Of a stretch of 63,081 nucleotides of DNA, positions 52,545-62,546 are shown piece by piece. The stretch lies in assembly GCA_035277785.1 (NCBI GenBank), contig DATEJX010000086.1, positions 1 through 63,081 of the forward strand. Direction: 5' to 3'. The notes under the pieces were generated by a model that saw nothing but the letters and a program-made list of their open reading frames with translations, did no database searches and was not told the DNA's origin. The position numbers were made by a program, and so were the translations under genes. The DNA is from Candidatus Angelobacter sp. Its GTDB lineage: Bacteria; Acidobacteriota; Terriglobia; Terriglobales; Acidobacteriaceae. Each line of letters opens with the position of its first letter. Position 1 is the first letter of the stretch.

Positions 52545-53687
52545 TTATGGATTCACGTGCAACCGGCCGTCGCGCAAGACGGTGCACTTGCGGTCCCGCC
52601 AGATGATCTTGTCTCCCAGAAAGCCTCCCAGCCAGACTACAAATCCAAGCAGGTCCTGGAGCGGCAGCAACCAGCACTGCCGGCGCAGAAGGGGATCGTG
52701 AACCACGAATTCAGCGGTTGCAATTGCCGCCGCGGTGCGAAGTGCAATTGTTACGATCAGCACAGGCCATGCCACTGGCCACAAAGCAACAACCAGCAAC
52801 GCCAGAGGAAGCGGATAAGTAAAAAGTTGTCCCCAGTAGCCTGCAGGACGTGAGCGACGTGTGCTTCGCGCCCAGCGAAGACGATGAGCAAAATTTCGCA
52901 GCATGCTCTGGCTTCCGATGCGATGTTGAATCACCGCAGATGAAAGCAGGACCTCATAGCCCATCTCGGCGGTGCGCTGTCCAATGACAAAGTCCTCGGC
53001 CAGAAATTCCTGTAAATAACCAAAGCCTCCCATGGCCTCAAGGATCTCTCGTCTGACGGCAATCGTGCAGCCCAGGGCAAACCGCATCCCCTCAACCATG
53101 CGCGCCACCATCACACCGCCCAGGAGCTCAGTATTCATTCCCACGGCCTCCGTCCTTGACCACATGCTTTTGCCAGGCACAGCGCGATAAGGGCAGGTAA
53201 TCAGGCCCACGCGGCTGTTCTCAAATTCCCTGGCCAGCCGTGAAAGCAGATCTGGTTCCACACGAACATCACTGTCACACATTACCAGCAGGCCGTGTTG
53301 CGCTTCCCGGACAAGACGATTCAGGCTGAACGCTTTTGCATTTGGGATGGGGGATTCGCCTGTCACAATCAAGCGGGCCTTCACCGGACCATTCCAATAT
53401 TCCTGAATGATCTTCTCAGCCACGGCAGCCGCGGGATCATCCGACCGGTGCACGCCGAAAAGGACTTCGTAATTCGGGTACTCCTGCACAAAAAAACTGC
53501 GCAGGTTCTCTTCCAGTCCTTCGTCATGTCCGCAGAGTGGTTTGAGGACACTGATTCCGGGGCTGGAGAGCGGATCAGGAGGAACAACAGAAAGGTAACG
53601 CCGGGTTGCGACCACTACCAGGACGCAATAAACGAGCGAGCCCGCCAGGAGAAATCCGAGTATTGCGGTGATAAGGGTTACCATCAT
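52545..53687 (-). CDS. GT2-family glycosyltransferase, ceramide-glucosyltransferase-like / HpnI-like (380 aa)
   Basis: N-terminal TM. ISVLKPLCG..E.LEENLRSFF.Q.YP.YEVLFGV pattern. DxD in CDSDV. [QR]xxRW-type motif AHRLRWARS. C-terminal TM helices. ATGA overlap with the upstream GT39 gene. Confidence 0.8.
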   Translation of the reverse strand: MMVTLITAILGFLLAGSLVYCVLVVVATRRYLSVVPPDPLSSPGISVLKPLCGHDEGLEENLRSFFVQEYPNYEVLFGVHRSDDPAAAVAEKIIQEYWNGPVKARLIVTGESPIPNAKAFSLNRLVREAQHGLLVMCDSDVRVEPDLLSRLAREFENSRVGLITCPYRAVPGKSMWSRTEAVGMNTELLGGVMVARMVEGMRFALGCTIAVRREILEAMGGFGYLQEFLAEDFVIGQRTAEMGYEVLLSSAVIQHRIGSQSMLRNFAHRLRWARSTRRSRPAGYWGQLFTYPLPLALLVVALWPVAWPVLIVTIALRTAAAIATAEFVVHDPLLRRQCWLLPLQDLLGFVVWLGGFLGDKIIWRDRKCTVLRDGRLHVNP

Positions 53688-55546
53688 CTGCCTGAAGTCT
53701 CCTTTTCGGAGCCTCCGCCCGCCTCCGTCAAGTGGTTGGTGAAAAGAAACTTTCCGCCCCTGCTCGCGACTTCATAGAACTGTTCGCTTCCTGCACTCTT
53801 TCTCAACGCGTCCAACTGCGAGCCGTCGGTGGCGAAGTAGTAGCGCCTTGGCGATGACCACAATCTATGAAATTCTGCGTCATCAATGAATACATGCGGA
53901 GCTCCCGGAGCATAGGAGCCATACTCGAGATTGTTGAAACGGCCATTTAAGAGCAACGCGTTCTGCCCTGAATAGTACAAAAGCGCGGAGAAAGGATAAT
54001 ACGCTCCGTCAATAATAATGTTTCCCCTGGGCTCTTGACGCAGCTTTTCCGCCAATAAGCGCGATGACAAATATGGATCAAATGTCACCATAGCCAGGCG
54101 AGCGGCGTGAAAGAAAATGAGCATGGCGGCCGCGATGGTAAGAATTCTGAAATTCTTGCGTAATACAAAAGCACCGATTGCTCCCACTGCGCATGCAATT
54201 GCCGCAAGAACCAGCGGCATCCTCAAATATGCGAAGGATCTGAGTGTGAGGTCCCCCATATGCCCCAGTGAAAGTGTGTAGGCGCTGGGATGTTGCTCCA
54301 ATGCTGACGAGATATCACCGTTCGCTGGAATCCCACGCACCATGTAAAGGATGGCGAGAATCGTCGCCAATCCCATGGCGTAGATGCTGCCAAGAATTCT
54401 GCTGCCACGAACAAACCATCGCTCTCCCGCAGGACCATTCAGACCCGAGCCCAGCAGCAATGCCAGTGCTGGATAAATGGGCATGGAATAATATTCCTGC
54501 GTCGTGGAAAAGCTGAAAAACAGCATTAGAAAGCCGCTCCAGCAGAGCGCCATGAGGCGTGTGCGTCCCGCACGATCAGAAGGCTTGTAATTCATCCTGA
54601 TAGCAGCAGGAAAATAAAGGCTCCAGGGAAATAGCCAAACCAGAGTCAGCAACCAGAATGCCGCCCGCGGAACGGTGTTGTAGTCGTGCGGGTAGCGCAG
54701 CCCAAGGAACCGGAGCACATGCTCGTTCATGAAATAGAACCAGAAAAATCCGTGGTATTCGCCGGGGCCGCTGTGCATGGTGAATGCAAAGTGGGGAGGC
54801 ATGCGCAGCATTGCAAGAATGTGCCACGGGGCAGCGATGAGTAGGAAAATCACAACTCCTGTACCAGCATGCAAGCGTCGCCACGTCTCACGCAAAAAGA
54901 GCTGCCGCGTAATGGCAAGGTAGATCAGCGCACCGCCCAAAACCAGAACCAGCGGTAGCAGCCCCTTCAATATAACTCCTACAGCCAGACTTACCGCCAG
55001 CAGTGCAGCCCATCGCCTGGGACTGCTCTCTTCACCATCTTCATTTAACGCCCGCTGCAGAGACCAGAAGGCCACGCATACACATAATGTAAGAAGAACA
55101 TCCGGGATGAGAATACGAGTAAAAAGAAATAAGCCTACACAGGTGGCGAGCACAAGGCCGGCGAGAAATCCGGAACGGTCGCCGAATGCCCAACGTCCAT
55201 ACCGGGCCGTGACCCAGCACAGCAGGATTGCGCCCAGAGCGAAAGGGATTCTGGCCGCCCAGTCATGTATGCCAAAAACGGCGTACGATCCCGCGATCAA
55301 CCAGTACGGCAATGGCGCTTTCTCAATGTACGGAACGCCATCAAGATGTGGAATGACCCAGTCATGCGACTGCAGGATGTTCCAACCAAGTTGTCCATGC
55401 GCTGCATCAACGTCGTCCATCAATCCCGGAGGCGAAATAATACAGCCCAGAAAAATTGCCGCAGCAATCAGCAGAACGTAGAGCTGCCAGTGTGACGGGA
55501 CTGGAAAAGAATTCCCTCCCGTGCTCCGCTGGTCTCTTGCCTGCAG
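53684..55546 (-). CDS. GT39-family (ArnT/PMT-like) membrane glycosyltransferase. The first canonical start is TTG 55423, but the frame continues upstream to encode TM1, with a likely CTG start at 55546
   Basis: More than 10 TM helices. Loop-1 signature DDVDAAHG..HDWVIP..KAPLPYW. The in-frame upstream segment ..HWQLYVLLIAAAIFLGCIISPPG is a TM helix. AGGAG lies 5 nt before CTG 55546-55544, and the in-frame TAG is at 55580-55582. Confidence 0.8.
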   Translation of the reverse strand: MQARDQRSTGGNSFPVPSHWQLYVLLIAAAIFLGCIISPPGLMDDVDAAHGQLGWNILQSHDWVIPHLDGVPYIEKAPLPYWLIAGSYAVFGIHDWAARIPFALGAILLCWVTARYGRWAFGDRSGFLAGLVLATCVGLFLFTRILIPDVLLTLCVCVAFWSLQRALNEDGEESSPRRWAALLAVSLAVGVILKGLLPLVLVLGGALIYLAITRQLFLRETWRRLHAGTGVVIFLLIAAPWHILAMLRMPPHFAFTMHSGPGEYHGFFWFYFMNEHVLRFLGLRYPHDYNTVPRAAFWLLTLVWLFPWSLYFPAAIRMNYKPSDRAGRTRLMALCWSGFLMLFFSFSTTQEYYSMPIYPALALLLGSGLNGPAGERWFVRGSRILGSIYAMGLATILAILYMVRGIPANGDISSALEQHPSAYTLSLGHMGDLTLRSFAYLRMPLVLAAIACAVGAIGAFVLRKNFRILTIAAAMLIFFHAARLAMVTFDPYLSSRLLAEKLRQEPRGNIIIDGAYYPFSALLYYSGQNALLLNGRFNNLEYGSYAPGAPHVFIDDAEFHRLWSSPRRYYFATDGSQLDALRKSAGSEQFYEVASRGGKFLFTNHLTEAGGGSEKETSGR

Positions 55547-55846
55547 TATTTCTCCTAAAGCGGGAATGCTGTTGCTCCTCTAAGCCGCAGGACACATTGT
55601 TGCCGGGAGTTCGCCGTGCAAGCCAGTCAGCTCTGCGTTTCATTGGTCTGCTCTCGATTATAAATACTGGAAATATAAAAATTACTGTTAAGCGCATTCA
55701 CGTGGTTCATGTCCTTTAGGGCAGAACACGCCTGCAGAGACTCGCGGCAGTCATTCTGGATGCATGGTGATGGCTTGGAATGTAATCTGAAGATCACGCC
55801 GTCCGAGCAATTCAGCAGGCACCGTTTTTACTCTTCCCGATGAGCG

Positions 55847-56614
55847 CTAAACGCCAAAGAGATTCGGGGCCAGTTTGTGGTAGTTCTTTTCCTGCGCCCA
55901 GAAGTTCAGGGAAATGGTCGCCAACTCGTCAACCACGGGGACTGCCCGCCCATTTTTGGTCAAGTCAATGGACTTGATATAAGACCTGCAGGTGTCGCAG
56001 GCATCCACGCGGACATAGTCAAATTCATTGGCAACGAAAACGGGAAGTTTATCCTTGTGCTCTTCACCGCAACCGGGACAAAGCTGCCGGCGGTAGTTCC
56101 ACTCCATTGAGCAAAGAGAACAGATTAGTGAGCGCCTGCCGCCATCGCCTTCCGGACGCATGACCGCAACTTGCGGTTTTGATCCGCAGAAAGGACAGAG
56201 AGGAGGACTATTTCCCTCCTGAACGCCCCTGGCTTTTTCAGCCAGCAATTCAGCATAAGGCTGAAGCAGTGCATTCGCAAAAAACAGGTACTCCGGCGCG
56301 ACGTCCTGAGCTTCCGCCCGGTGCTGCCAGACGGTTTGCAGAACTTCCAGCCACGCTTCCTTGCCAGCTTGCGCAAGTTGATCGGCAGCCGCCCTGAGTT
56401 GCGGCGAGCCTTTGTGGTTTGTCAGTGTCAAGAGTTCGCGAAAAAAAGGAATGAGGACCTCAACATCATGGTCCTCAGAGGTGGAAAGCTCTTCGTAGGT
56501 CGATTTTTGAAAGCGGGCAAGTTGCTCATAAAATTTCAGCAACTCTGTTGCGGCAGAGGGCTTTTGCAGGAGCTCACTCGCCCGCGCAATACGCAGGTCC
56601 CAGGAAGACTTCAA
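55847..56614 (-). CDS. fdhE: Formate dehydrogenase accessory protein FdhE (255 aa)
   Basis: Four CxxC pairs (CPFCGS, CSLCSMEW, CPGCGE, CDTCRSY). The TTG start overlaps the fdnI stop (TTGA). It sits at the end of the fdn operon. Confidence 0.85.
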   Translation of the reverse strand: MKSSWDLRIARASELLQKPSAATELLKFYEQLARFQKSTYEELSTSEDHDVEVLIPFFRELLTLTNHKGSPQLRAAADQLAQAGKEAWLEVLQTVWQHRAEAQDVAPEYLFFANALLQPYAELLAEKARGVQEGNSPPLCPFCGSKPQVAVMRPEGDGGRRSLICSLCSMEWNYRRQLCPGCGEEHKDKLPVFVANEFDYVRVDACDTCRSYIKSIDLTKNGRAVPVVDELATISLNFWAQEKNYHKLAPNLFGV

Positions 56615-57330
56615 TCATCAGCTCCCTGTCTAAGACTGGTGGAGGAGAGCCTGGAGCGATCTTCCTTCATGACTTTGTCATACCAGAGACGATGATGGGC
56701 TTTGACCCAAGCCACCGGCACACGACCCCAGAGGATCCCCTGCAAGCCGCCGGCGACAAAGAAAACGCCCATGTAAACGTGGATGATAAAACCGCCAATC
56801 GTAATCAGTGCAGCCGCACAATGCACAAAAACGATTAGAGGGAGTAGCCAATGCAGTCCGCGCCCTCCGCCATTTGCCAACAGCTCCGGGAACCACATAA
56901 TGAGACCAGTCACCAGCAGCGTGAGTCCACCCCAGTACATAATCCAGTAAAACTGTTTCTGTCCTGAATTGAAATGCCCGGCGGGAGGAACCTGGTGATC
57001 GTGGTTGGTAACGTAAGCTTTGATCCCCTTCCGCCACTCCAGGTCTTCTTTGGTGGTCTTCATATCGCCGGCCCACATGCTGTGCATCCAGAGCAAGCTA
57101 AAAGCAAAAATCAAACCGACCCACGGATGCCAGAAGCGAATCGTCGGACCGCCACCCAGGACATAAGCAATCCAATAGAGGTAAGGGGTAAAGAGCGCCA
57201 GACCGGTGGCCAAAAGATACAAATAGCTCAGGCCGGCCAGCCAGTGACACACCCGTTCCTTCAGCGTATACCGAACAATCTCGTCTCCGCGAAGGTCGGT
57301 TCCGTGACGAACAACCATATTGCTGCTCAT
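56611..57330 (-). CDS. fdnI: Formate dehydrogenase cytochrome b556 (gamma) subunit (239 aa)
   Basis: Four TM helices with conserved His residues (ERVCHW.., ..IRFWHPW.., ..FVHCAAA..IIHVY). ATGA overlap with fdnH. Confidence 0.85.
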   Translation of the reverse strand: MSSNMVVRHGTDLRGDEIVRYTLKERVCHWLAGLSYLYLLATGLALFTPYLYWIAYVLGGGPTIRFWHPWVGLIFAFSLLWMHSMWAGDMKTTKEDLEWRKGIKAYVTNHDHQVPPAGHFNSGQKQFYWIMYWGGLTLLVTGLIMWFPELLANGGGRGLHWLLPLIVFVHCAAALITIGGFIIHVYMGVFFVAGGLQGILWGRVPVAWVKAHHRLWYDKVMKEDRSRLSSTSLRQGADD

Positions 57331-58214
57331 TTCGCCCTCCCTTGCTCGACGTCTTCGTCAACCGGCTTGGGACCGTAACGGACATAGTGGCCAAACACCG
57401 CCGCCACGCCCAGTCCCATGGCGATGCCGCCCAGCCACTTCAACGGCCCCTTCCACATCTTCACGAAGAATGGCACGGTTGGGTTTTGGGGGAGGCCTCC
57501 ATATTGCTCGGCCTTGTCTTTATCGTGGAGAACGTAGATCACGTGCGTTCCGCCTACCCCCTCAGGATCATAGACTCCTGCGTTCTTGTGCGAGGTATTC
57601 TCTCTCACCTGGGCAGCACGGGTGTTTGCGAGCGCCAGCATGTCCTCCTTGCTGCCAAAGTGCAGGCAGCCCGTTGGGCATGATTTGATGCAGGCCGGTT
57701 CCAGCCCCGCGCCAACACGGTCAGAACAGAGGGTGCACTTGTAAACCTTTTTGGTGACGTTGTTGAACTTGGGAATATTGAATGGGCAGCCGGTAACGCA
57801 GTACTGGCAGCCAATGCAATTTGCCTGGTTAAAATCAACAATGCCGTTGCTGTACTGCACAATGGCGCCATCGGCCGGGCAGGCGGCAAGACAGCCAGGC
57901 TCCTCACAATGCATGCACTGGTCTTTGCGCATCAGCCATTGCACTGTGCCATCGTCGTTCTGGACCTCGTTGAAGCGAATCAGGTTCCAGAAATTCCATG
58001 CTGTATCCGGCATGGTCTGATAGGTGTTATCGAAGGTGGTTTCACGGAATTCATAACCGTTCCACTCAAGACAAGCGACTTCGCAGGCCTTGCAGCCGAT
58101 GCAAGTGGTGGTGTCCACCAGCTTGCAAACGTCATAGTCACGGGAAACCCCCTGACCAGGCGTGCCGCCACGATGGCCGGAGATCGCTTTGATTTCCATT
58201 AGTCCATTGCTCAT
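57327..58214 (-). CDS. fdnH: Formate dehydrogenase iron-sulfur (beta) subunit with a C-terminal TM anchor (295 aa)
   Basis: Four ferredoxin-type Cys clusters (CIGCKACEVAC, CMHCEEPGCLAACP, CIGCQYCVTGCP, CTLC..CIKSCP). Tail helix LKWLGGIAMGLGVAAVFGHYV. Confidence 0.9.
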   Translation of the reverse strand: MSNGLMEIKAISGHRGGTPGQGVSRDYDVCKLVDTTTCIGCKACEVACLEWNGYEFRETTFDNTYQTMPDTAWNFWNLIRFNEVQNDDGTVQWLMRKDQCMHCEEPGCLAACPADGAIVQYSNGIVDFNQANCIGCQYCVTGCPFNIPKFNNVTKKVYKCTLCSDRVGAGLEPACIKSCPTGCLHFGSKEDMLALANTRAAQVRENTSHKNAGVYDPEGVGGTHVIYVLHDKDKAEQYGGLPQNPTVPFFVKMWKGPLKWLGGIAMGLGVAAVFGHYVRYGPKPVDEDVEQGRAK

Positions 58215-58223
58215 GGCAGCTCC

Positions 58224-61200
58224 TTAGGCTTTTTCGATTTTCACCAGAAATCCTTTGAATTCCGGTGTGTAAGCGTTGGGATCAGTCACTGTGGGGGAAA
58301 GCAGGTTGGCTGGCGTGCGCTCCGCTTCGGGGCGCCCGTCACCAAGTCCCTTGTATCCCCAGTGAATTGGTATACCGACTTGGTACGTTTTCTTGCCGGC
58401 GATGGTCATTGGTTTGATGCGACGCGTGACCATTGCCTTGGCGTAATACGCACTCCGCGCACTGCTTACCTTGACCTTTTCACCGCCCTTCAGCCCCAAT
58501 TCATCTGCAAGTTCCACCGGAATCTCAACAAAAGGCTCCGGAACAAGCTGCATGTTCATGGGATTGTTCTTGGTCCAGTAGTGGTAGTGCTCGGTGAGGC
58601 GATAGGTGGTGCAGACGATATTGAACTCACTCGCTTTGCCGTACTTATCGAGATCGCTCTTGTATCTCTTCACAACCGGGCTGTTAGAGTGTGCGGGATG
58701 CAGAGGATTGTCACATGGGCTTTCAATGGGTTCGTAATGCTCAGGGAACGGACCATCTGCCATACCAGCAAGCGGTACAAACAGGCGAGCGACGCCTTCC
58801 GGAGTCATGATGAACGGGCCCATGTGATCACTGGGTTTGGAATCAGGCTTGAAGTCGGGAACATCATTGCCCACCCACTTCTGCGCTGCTTCGTTCCACC
58901 AGATCTGCTTGCGCGTGGGATCCCACGGTTTCCCATTGAGGTCGCAGGACGCGCGGTTGTACATGACGCGACGGTTCATTGGCCATGACCAACCCCAGTT
59001 CGGATGAATTCCCAATCCGGAAGGATCAGAATTGTCGCGTCGTTGGGTGTTGGAACCACTCTCCGGCCAGGAACCGCAATACAGCCAGTTGCCGCTGGAG
59101 GTAGTACCGTCGTCACGCAACCACGCAAATCCCGGCAGCTGTTGACCGGCTTTCCATTCGGAAGGCGTCTGCTTTTCGTCTTTTAGATCGGCGAGGGCCT
59201 TTCCATTGATCTCTTTGGCAACTTCAGCCAACGAGGGATTGCTGGGATTGGTATAGGCCCAGGTCGCGTTCAGGATCGCATCCGGGAACTTCCCACCATC
59301 CTTCTGATAAAGCTCGCGAACCTTGAGGAAGATGCGGGCAAGGATTTCCTGGTCCAGCCTGGCCTCTCCTGGAGGTGGCACGGCAGCCCACTTCCACTGC
59401 AGCCAGCGCGCCGAGTTCACGAAGGTGCCGTCTTTCTCGGCGAAACCGGCGCCTGGCAGACGGTAGACCTCAGTCTTGATGTTGGCCTGATCTTCTTTCG
59501 TGATACCGGGCGACTCCCAGAAACTGCTCGTTTCTTCGGGATAAATGTCGCACACCACCAGGAAGTCAGCTTTCTTCAGCGCCTCAATGTTCTTCTTCGA
59601 GTTCGGTCCAATGGCAACGCCATTCATACCGAAGCTGAGCAGGCCTTTGACTTTGCCGGCATACATGTTGTCCCACTGCTCCACCCAGGAAAATTTCTTA
59701 TCGATCTTGGGCAGATAGTGGAAAGCGAAGTCGTTTTCTTTTTTGGCGGCATCGCCGTACATGGCTTTGAGGAAAGAAACCATGAACCTGGGTGTACCGG
59801 ACCAGTAGTTAAACGAGTCCCACTCTTTTGGTTTCGCCGCTTTCGGTGTTGTGCGCGTGAGGAACGTCTTGAGATCGGTATCCGCCGGGACAGGTACCTT
59901 GAGATAGCCAGGTAGAATATCGAACACTCCGGCCAAATCAGTTGCACCCTGGATATTCGAGTGACCGCGAAGCGCGTTGACCCCGCCACCCGCACGTCCA
60001 GCATTGCCCAGCAGCAGTTGCGCCATGGCCGCTGTACGGATGATCTGTGAACCGAACGTATGCTGCGTCCAGCCCACTGAATAGATGATGGTCCCGACCT
60101 TCTTCATATCTCCATCTTTGCGGACGGAGGTATACGTGTCCCACGCCTTGATGCACTGCTCCTTGGGAATGCCCGTGATGCTCTCCACCATCTCCGGCGT
60201 GTAGCGTGAGTACTGCTTTTTCATCAACTGGAACACGCACCGAGGATGCTCGAGTGACATGTCATAGGCGACGTTCGGTGGGAGTGCGGGAGGTGGCGGT
60301 GTAGCGCCAGCCTTGGCGCCAACGCCTACTGGACCACCAGCCTGGTGGCCCTGACCCTCAGCACCCTTCGGCCCATTGGCTTGAGCTTTCATTGCAACGG
60401 GCGCGGCAGCAGCGCCAGCGCTGTCTGAGGTTGCAGGACCATCACCCGCAGCGATAGCCGCGGCTGCTGTCCCTGTCACGTTGCCGCCTTCCTCGTAATT
60501 CCAGCTGGAAACGTTGTAAGACATGGTTTCCGGGTTGTAGCCGGAGAACAATCCGTCTTCAGGTAACTTGAATCCCTTCTTCACGATGAAGGCGGCATTG
60601 GTGTAATTCGCAACGTAATCTTTGTTGTAGCGGTTGTTCTGGATGGCGTAATTCAGCAGGCCACCCAGGAAGGCGATATCTGTACCCGCGCGAATCTGGC
60701 AGAACAGGTCTGCCTGCGACGCCGTACGCTGGAAACGTGGATCCACCACTACCAGCTTGGCATTGCGAGTCTTCTTCGCTTCAACAACCCATTTGAAACC
60801 GCAAGGATGGTTTTCAGCCGGATTGCCACCCATGATTAACATCGCATCAGTGTTCTTGATGTCAATCCAGCCATTGGTCATTGCACCGCGTCCGAATGTG
60901 GGCCCCAAACTGGAGACCGTGGGGCCATGTCAAACACGGGCCTGGTTTTCCAGGTACACCACCCCCAGGCTTCTCATGGTCTTTACGACCAGGTAGTTAA
61001 ACTCATTTGTGTCAGTGCAGCCGCCGTTGAAGGCGATGCTTTCGAGCCGGTTCACGGTCTTGCCATTGACGTCCTGCTCAATGAAAGTTTCGTCGCGCGT
61101 TTTTTTGACGTGGTGCGCGATTTCATCAATGGCCTTGTCCCAGGAAATGTCTTCCCAATGGTCAGAGCCAGGACGCCGCACCTGCGGCTTAAGCAGCCGT

Positions 61201-61508
61201 CGATCATTGAGGATGTCCTGGTAAAGTGATGCGCCTTTGGGGCACAGCGTGCCGCGATTGATCGGATGGTCGGGGTCGCCTTCCACATGCACCACCTGCG
61301 CGGTCACGTTCTTGGCCTTATCGCCCAGCGTGTGAATGATCACGCCGCAGCTTACGGAACAATAAGGACAGGTGGAGCGGGTTTCTGTTGTGCGCGCAAT
61401 CTTGAGTTCTCTTGCTTGCGCGAGGGCCGGCTTGGCATCAAATCCAAGAAGTAGCGCTGCCGCGCTTCCGGTTCCCACCTTGAAAAACTCACGTCTGGAC
61501 AAGCCCAT
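58224..61508 (-). CDS. fdnG: Formate dehydrogenase (FDH-N/O type) molybdopterin catalytic alpha subunit: Tat-exported selenoprotein, 1,094 aa including Sec at codon 193
   Basis: Two ORF-track pieces (60930-61508 and 58224-60908) are in the same frame, joined by a single TGA at 60930-60932 in the context ENQARV-U-HGPTVSSLGPTFGRGAMTNGW. Tat motif SRREFFK. Fe-S Cys motif CPYCSVSCG. GGAGG upstream of ATG 61508. Confidence 0.9.
60901..60926 (-). promoter_or_regulatory. Bacterial SECIS-type hairpin 3 nt downstream of the fdnG UGA
   Basis: mRNA reads UGA CAU GGCCCCA-CGGUCUCCAGUU-UGGGGCC. That gives a 7-bp G/C-rich stem at the position and size expected for a SelB-binding element. Confidence 0.75.
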
Positions 61509-61778
61509 AGCGGTTGCCTCCTCTTTGGGCGTTAGGCCGGTGAGTCAGAATTCGAGCACTCGGCTAGATTTTTGAGCCTTTGCACACTCCGAACTCCCGG
61601 AGTGCACGGGAAAAATTGCCAAAATCTTAGAGCCGGAACACGGCTTTGTCCACAGGTTTTTTCCAATGAGTGCTTAGCGTCAACTCTTATGCAAGCTGGT
61701 GCGCATCAGCCAATGAGGAAACCTTAATCGCGATTCCTGATATCCTGTCCGGTTTCAGGATTGAGAGGAAGTGTTTCT

Positions 61779-62546
61779 ATGCTCAGCATGCAAGGCAAAA
61801 ATGCCGTCGTATTCGGAGTTGCCAATAAGCGCAGTATTGCCTGGGCCATTGCTCAAAGTTTGAGCTCGGCGGGCGCAAAACTGGCAATTACCTATCAAAA
61901 TGAGCGCTTGAAGGCTGAAGCCCACGACTTGATCGCAGGATTGCCTGGGGCCGAAGGTTTTCAGTGCGATCTCTCAAGCGACTCAGAGATTGATCAGCTC
62001 TTTGCTCAGTTGAAGGAGCGCTTTGGACGGATTGATGCGCTGGCGCACTGCGTTGCGTACGCGCCTGCCGACGCTATGCACGGCGATTTCATCAACACGA
62101 GCCGGGAGGCGTTCCGAATTGCGCACGATGTGAGCGTCTACACCTTGATTGCTGTGACGCGCGCGGCTGCACCGCTGATGACCGGCGGCGGCAGCATCAT
62201 AACGCTCAGCTACTTCGGCGCGGAGAAAGTCGTACCCGGCTACAACGTGATGGGCGTAGCAAAAGCTTCTCTGGAAGCATCTGTACGGTATCTGGCAAAC
62301 AGCGTTGGCCCCCAAAAGATCCGTGTAAATGCCATCTCCGCCGGACCGATTAAAACACTTGCTGCGCGCGGTGTGGGCGATTTCACCCAGATGCTGAAAA
62401 ACCACGCTGAGCACGCGCCTCTCAAACGCAATGTGGATGTCAAGGAAGTGGGAGAAACTGCCCTGTTCCTCTGCTCTGATATGGGTTCCGGCATTACCGG
62501 TGAAACCATCTACGTGGACTGCGGCTACAACATCATGGGCTTCTGA
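61779..62546 (+). CDS. fabI: Enoyl-[acyl-carrier-protein] reductase (NADH), FabI (255 aa)
   Basis: ATG 61779 follows GAGAGGAAG. N-terminal GVANKRSIAWAIA. Catalytic Y..M...K context (YNVMGVAKASLE). C-terminal ..GETIYVDCGYNIMG. Confidence 0.95.
   Translation: MLSMQGKNAVVFGVANKRSIAWAIAQSLSSAGAKLAITYQNERLKAEAHDLIAGLPGAEGFQCDLSSDSEIDQLFAQLKERFGRIDALAHCVAYAPADAMHGDFINTSREAFRIAHDVSVYTLIAVTRAAAPLMTGGGSIITLSYFGAEKVVPGYNVMGVAKASLEASVRYLANSVGPQKIRVNAISAGPIKTLAARGVGDFTQMLKNHAEHAPLKRNVDVKEVGETALFLCSDMGSGITGETIYVDCGYNIMGF

Noticed and set aside
60909-60932. fdnG appears split into two ORFs (58224-60908 and 60930-61508), which could be read as a pseudogene or as two genes.
   Set aside because: Both pieces are in one frame, separated by a single TGA in the conserved ARV-U-HGPTV context, with a SECIS-type hairpin immediately downstream. 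Selenocysteine recoding is the simpler explanation.
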